This document shows, piece by piece, positions 28,431 through 32,000 of a stretch of 32,000 nucleotides of DNA. The notes beneath the pieces are model-generated. The model searched no databases and was not told where the DNA came from. It saw only the letters and a list, made by a program, of their open reading frames with translations. The translations under genes were made by a program, and so were the position numbers. Every line of letters starts with the position of its first letter. Position 1 is the stretch's first letter. The stretch comes from Moraxella nasicaprae (lineage in GTDB: Bacteria; Pseudomonadota; Gammaproteobacteria; Pseudomonadales; Moraxellaceae), in contig NZ_CP089977.1 in the NCBI RefSeq assembly GCF_025643275.1, positions 1-32,000 of the forward strand, given 5' to 3'.

Positions 28431-30149
28431 TTACCACGCTTGTGCCAGTGCTGATAGCACGCCTTTGAGCATGGCAGATACGGTACTGCTACAAGTGCCA
28501 ATCCCTGAATAAATCGCCCCATCAATGGAAAGCTGGATATAAGCCACAGCTGCGTTGTGTGTTTGGTCGGTTTCGCCATCGGCTTGCCATACTTTATCGA
28601 CCGCATGCTCAGCATAATTGGTGATGTGAATTTGTCTGCCTGTCGCCTTAATCAAGCCATCAACGAATGCTGATAACGCACCGTTACCCTCGCCAATCAC
28701 TTCAAAACTTTGCTCATTGGTGGCGACTTGACCTTGGAAAGTGACCGCACCACCACGATTATTGATGCTATAATCATTGAGCTTAAAGGTCTCTTGATTC
28801 AGATAAGCATCAGTGAAAATTTGCAACAATTCATCAGTTTTTAGCTCTCGTGCCAAAGTTTCGGCCTGTTTTTGTACCACTTTGGCAAAGTCAATTTGTG
28901 TCCAGCGAGGCAGATTAAAGCCATAATGACGCTGCAAGATATAAGCTGTACCGCCCTTGCCAGACTGGCTGTTAATACGAACCACATCTTGATAGCTTCG
29001 CCCAATATGCACAGGGTCGATGGGTAGATACGCCACTTCCCAATGGTCATCGGTGTCTTTGTGCTTGTCATTATAATCTAAGGATTTTTTGATGGCGTCT
29101 TGGTGCGAGCCACTAAATGCTGTAAATACCAGCTCGCCAACATAGGCGTGGCGTGGGTGAATGGGCAGATTGGTGCATTCAGTCACCACTTGGGCAATCT
29201 CACTAATTTGCGACAAATCAAGCTCTGGGTCAATGCCTTGCGTGTACATATTCATCGCCATGGTAACAATGTCCATATTACCCGTGCGTTCGCCATTACC
29301 CAGTAGCGTCCCCTCGATACGGTCAGCCCCTGCCATCAGCCCAAGTTCAGCGGCGGCAATGGCACAGCCCCTGTCATTGTGGGTGTGCAAACTGATGATG
29401 ACATCTTTGCGATGCTTTAAATGACGACAAAAATATTCCACTTGGTCGGCATACAGATTTGGTGTGGAGGCTTCTACTGTGGCAGGTAGGTTTAAAATCA
29501 CGCCTTGACCGTTTTGTGGTTGCCACACCTCGCACACTGCATCACACACCTCGATGGCAAAATCAGTTTCGGTCTGGCTAAAACTTTCAGGCGAATATTC
29601 AAAAGTCCACGCTGTATCAGGGTATTGTTTTGCCTTTTCTTTTAGCATGGTTGCCCCAGCCACAGCGATGGCTTTGATTTCGTCCTTAGACATTTGATAG
29701 ACTTTATCCCTTTGGACTTTGGAGGTGCTGTTATACACATGGACGATGGCTTTTTTTGCCCCAGCCAATGCTTCAAAGGTGCGGTCAATCAAATGCTCAC
29801 GAGCTTGCACCAGCACCTGTAAAGTAACATCATCAGGCACATGACCGCCCTCGATGAGCAGGCGTGTAAAGTCAAACTCCACTTGGGCGGCTGACGGAAA
29901 ACCAATCTCAATCTCTTTAAAGCCTACCACCACCAAGAGTTTAAAAAACTTTAACTTTTGTTCAATGGTCATGGGGTCGATGAGGGCTTGGTTGCCATCT
30001 CGCAAATCCACACTTGCCCAAGTCGGGGCTTTGTCGATGACCTTATCGCACCAAGTACGGTTTTCTAGCTTGGGAGCAAATTCAAACGGACGGTATTTGG
30101 TATGGTCAAAAGCGGGGTTTTTGGGGGTGATTTTTGGGCTATTGCTCAT
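28431..30149 (-). CDS. leuA: 2-isopropylmalate synthase (long, LeuA type 2 form)
   Basis: 572-aa ORF with VDLRDGNQA and HTHNDRGCAIAAAELG catalytic motifs, plus the N-terminal extension and C-terminal regulatory domain typical of the roughly 560-600 aa LeuA form. It stands alone, not within a leuABCD cluster. Confidence 0.95.
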   Translation of the reverse strand: MSNSPKITPKNPAFDHTKYRPFEFAPKLENRTWCDKVIDKAPTWASVDLRDGNQALIDPMTIEQKLKFFKLLVVVGFKEIEIGFPSAAQVEFDFTRLLIEGGHVPDDVTLQVLVQAREHLIDRTFEALAGAKKAIVHVYNSTSKVQRDKVYQMSKDEIKAIAVAGATMLKEKAKQYPDTAWTFEYSPESFSQTETDFAIEVCDAVCEVWQPQNGQGVILNLPATVEASTPNLYADQVEYFCRHLKHRKDVIISLHTHNDRGCAIAAAELGLMAGADRIEGTLLGNGERTGNMDIVTMAMNMYTQGIDPELDLSQISEIAQVVTECTNLPIHPRHAYVGELVFTAFSGSHQDAIKKSLDYNDKHKDTDDHWEVAYLPIDPVHIGRSYQDVVRINSQSGKGGTAYILQRHYGFNLPRWTQIDFAKVVQKQAETLARELKTDELLQIFTDAYLNQETFKLNDYSINNRGGAVTFQGQVATNEQSFEVIGEGNGALSAFVDGLIKATGRQIHITNYAEHAVDKVWQADGETDQTHNAAVAYIQLSIDGAIYSGIGTCSSTVSAMLKGVLSALAQAW

Positions 30150-30214
30150 TTTTCTCTCTTTATTTCATTTGCTTAGGAACATAAAAACATCAATGGATAC
30201 GGTCTTTTATACGG

Positions 30215-30982
30215 CTACTTTTTAATGGCTTCATACGCCCCAACTCCAATCGCCTGAATTGGCAAGGTAACCACATCAATCGCCAATGCTGACAAAAATA
30301 ACAATGGCGATACAGCAGATAAAGTTGCTTTGGCAGGACTGTATTTTTCTTCGGTATAATAAAATTCAAGCTCAATCGGCTGTCTAAAAGTATGTGTCAA
30401 ATCGGCATTGGGCAAGGCAGGAATTGCTGTCATATTCAATGCCAAAGTTTTACCATATTCAAAACGCACATCACCTTTGCCATAATAGGCATTGTCATTT
30501 GAGGTCAGTTTAAAGCCTGTATCTTCAAGCAGCTGCTTTTCTTTGGTGGTAGCAGGTAAATCAACATGGCGAGAGAACCGAATACTCACCAGTTGCTCTA
30601 CTTGGTCAATGGTGTGATTTGGTGTTTTGACTGCAATGTCGGTAACATCACCTAAGCCCAAAAACAGATAACGCATATCAAATTCAGACAGTCTCTGAAA
30701 AAATTTGGCATCATCGGCATTTTTGGGTGTCAAAATCAGCGTTGAATTTTTACCAATCAACAATAAGGCATTGGGATAACCTGCAATCGGCGTTTTGGGC
30801 TTGGCAATGGCGATATAGCTGTCTTTGAGTAGTGTGTGCGAAATGGTCTTGGTGTTGCTATCACTGCAAGCGTCCGAAAGACAAATTGCCCCAGCACGGT
30901 GTAATGCGTTGGTTGCCAAACACCCTGTCAGGCTTGTACCTACAATCATTGCCAAAGCAGTCGTCAATGCCCATTTTTTCAT
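30215..30982 (-). CDS. Hypothetical lipoprotein (255 aa)
   Basis: Signal peptide plus lipobox (ALAMIVGTSLTGC) and a hydrophobic C-terminal segment. No family recognised. Its stop is 65 nt upstream of leuA. Confidence 0.75.
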   Translation of the reverse strand: MKKWALTTALAMIVGTSLTGCLATNALHRAGAICLSDACSDSNTKTISHTLLKDSYIAIAKPKTPIAGYPNALLLIGKNSTLILTPKNADDAKFFQRLSEFDMRYLFLGLGDVTDIAVKTPNHTIDQVEQLVSIRFSRHVDLPATTKEKQLLEDTGFKLTSNDNAYYGKGDVRFEYGKTLALNMTAIPALPNADLTHTFRQPIELEFYYTEEKYSPAKATLSAVSPLLFLSALAIDVVTLPIQAIGVGAYEAIKK

Positions 30983-31153
30983 AAAAATATCCCAATCAAT
31001 TTATCAAGCCAAATTTGGTAGTTCCTTATCTTATACATCATACCAAATTTTTTTGGTAAATTTCACTTAAAATTGAAAAATTTTCCCCATCAATGAGCTA
31101 AAATCACTAAAATTATGCTAAAATATAGTCAATTTCACTATTATTTTAAAAAT

Positions 31154-31624
31154 ATGTCAAACCAAGCCCCCAATTTAGACCCCATTGATAAAAAACTGCT
31201 CCGCCATCTTAGCCAAAATGCCCAAGCCAGCATTAGCGAACTTGCCGAAAGCGTCCACTTATCCGCCACGCCCACCGCACGGCGAGTTAAACGGCTAGAA
31301 GAACTTGGTATCATCACAGGCTATCACGCCCAAACAAGCCCTGCCAAATTGGGCTATACGCTGTCCGTCTTTGTTGCGGTGAGTATGGATAAACATACCG
31401 CCGAACGCTTCCACGAATTTGAAAGCCAAATCAAATCGTTTGATGAGGTGGTGTCGTGTAGTCTTGTAACAGGGCGAACGGAAGATTATTTATTAAAGGT
31501 AATGGTCAAAGATATGGCACATTATGAAGAATTTTTATTACACCGATTAAGCAAAATTGAAGGCGTAAGCCAGCTGCATACCAGTTTTGAATTAAGGGAA
31601 GTGTTTAGTCGGGGAGTGGTTTAA
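31154..31624 (+). CDS. Lrp/AsnC-family transcriptional regulator
   Basis: LDPIDKKLLRHLSQNAQASISELAESVHLSATPTARRVKRLEELGII is a classic AsnC-type HTH, followed by a RAM/ACT-like C-domain. I preferred the ATG at 31154 because the track's 31115 start adds an atypical 13-aa extension. Confidence 0.88.
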   Translation: MSNQAPNLDPIDKKLLRHLSQNAQASISELAESVHLSATPTARRVKRLEELGIITGYHAQTSPAKLGYTLSVFVAVSMDKHTAERFHEFESQIKSFDEVVSCSLVTGRTEDYLLKVMVKDMAHYEEFLLHRLSKIEGVSQLHTSFELREVFSRGVV

Positions 31625-31634
31625 AGGATAAAAA

Positions 31635-32000
31635 ATGAAAATTGCAATTATTGGATTTAGCGGTTCTGGCAAATCAACTTTGGCAAAATTTTTGGCAAAT
31701 ACTCATCAATTACCTGTTTTGCATTTGGATAGCGTGCATTGGTTACCCAATTGGCAAGAACGCCCATTGGAAAATGAAATGGATATTGTGAATGACTTTT
31801 TAAACAACAACAAAAATTGGGTGATAGAAGGCAATTATCACAGTGTTTGTTTTGATAAAAGAATGGAACAAGCCGATATAATTATTGTGATGATATTACC
31901 TGCTTGGCAATGTTATATTCGTGTTTTAAAACGCTATATTCGCTATCGTAATACAACTCGCCCTGATATGGGCGAAGGTTGCAATGAAAAAATAGATTGG
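31635..32000 (+). CDS. P-loop kinase of the topology-modulation/adenylate-kinase-like family (3' end truncated by the window)
   Basis: Not in the ORF track because it runs off the window. The ATG at 31635 is preceded by AAGGA. It translates as MKIAIIGFSGSGKSTLAKFLANTHQLPVLHLDSVHWLPNWQERP..., giving a Walker A and an LHLD..W.PNW pattern, as in FlaR-type proteins. It starts 10 nt after the regulator's stop. Confidence 0.75.
   Translation, partial: MKIAIIGFSGSGKSTLAKFLANTHQLPVLHLDSVHWLPNWQERPLENEMDIVNDFLNNNKNWVIEGNYHSVCFDKRMEQADIIIVMILPAWQCYIRVLKRYIRYRNTTRPDMGEGCNEKIDW

Noticed and set aside
1-32000. CRISPR arrays, tandem repeats, insertion sequences, prophage or defence-system genes
   Set aside because: No regularly spaced direct repeats, no transposase, integrase or phage-like ORFs, and no nuclease, helicase or methylase gene clusters of defence type were seen. 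The only helicase is a standard DEAD-box RNA helicase.

Overview
This window looks like a core chromosomal segment of a roughly 42-44% GC gammaproteobacterium. The protein sequences and gene neighbourhood look Moraxellaceae-like (Moraxella or Psychrobacter type). That assignment is inference only; no search was run. About 30 genes are tightly packed, mostly on the minus strand, and nearly all are housekeeping. In order they are: accC; two large translationally coupled lipoprotein genes; a LysR regulator; a prfA-DUF2798-lysS-dnaX run; a NadR-like kinase; a MipA/OmpV porin-like protein; ilvE; glnE; tusD-tusC-tusE convergent with hemW-trmL; an RhlB-like DEAD-box helicase preceded by a small secreted protein; a DASS/SLC13 transporter; a frameshifted GNAT; gyrA; long-form leuA; another lipoprotein; an Lrp/AsnC regulator; and a 3'-truncated P-loop kinase gene. 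I found no rRNA, tRNA, CRISPR array, transposase, integrase, phage gene or recognisable defence or toxin-antitoxin module. Several clean rho-independent terminators are visible. The items most worth a second look are: (1) the 4-kb operon of two uncharacterised, possibly paralogous lipoproteins at 1758-5797; (2) Ile at the GyrA QRDR hot-spot position (E. coli Ser83 equivalent, residue 80 here); (3) a 56-aa CCxSGCxxCV-motif ORF below the ORF-track cutoff; (4) a tusD-tusC-tusE cluster with no tusB; (5) a frameshifted GNAT gene; and (6) a few structured or dyad-rich intergenic regions. I cannot demonstrate a novel multi-gene system from sequence alone. The lipoprotein pair is the best candidate.
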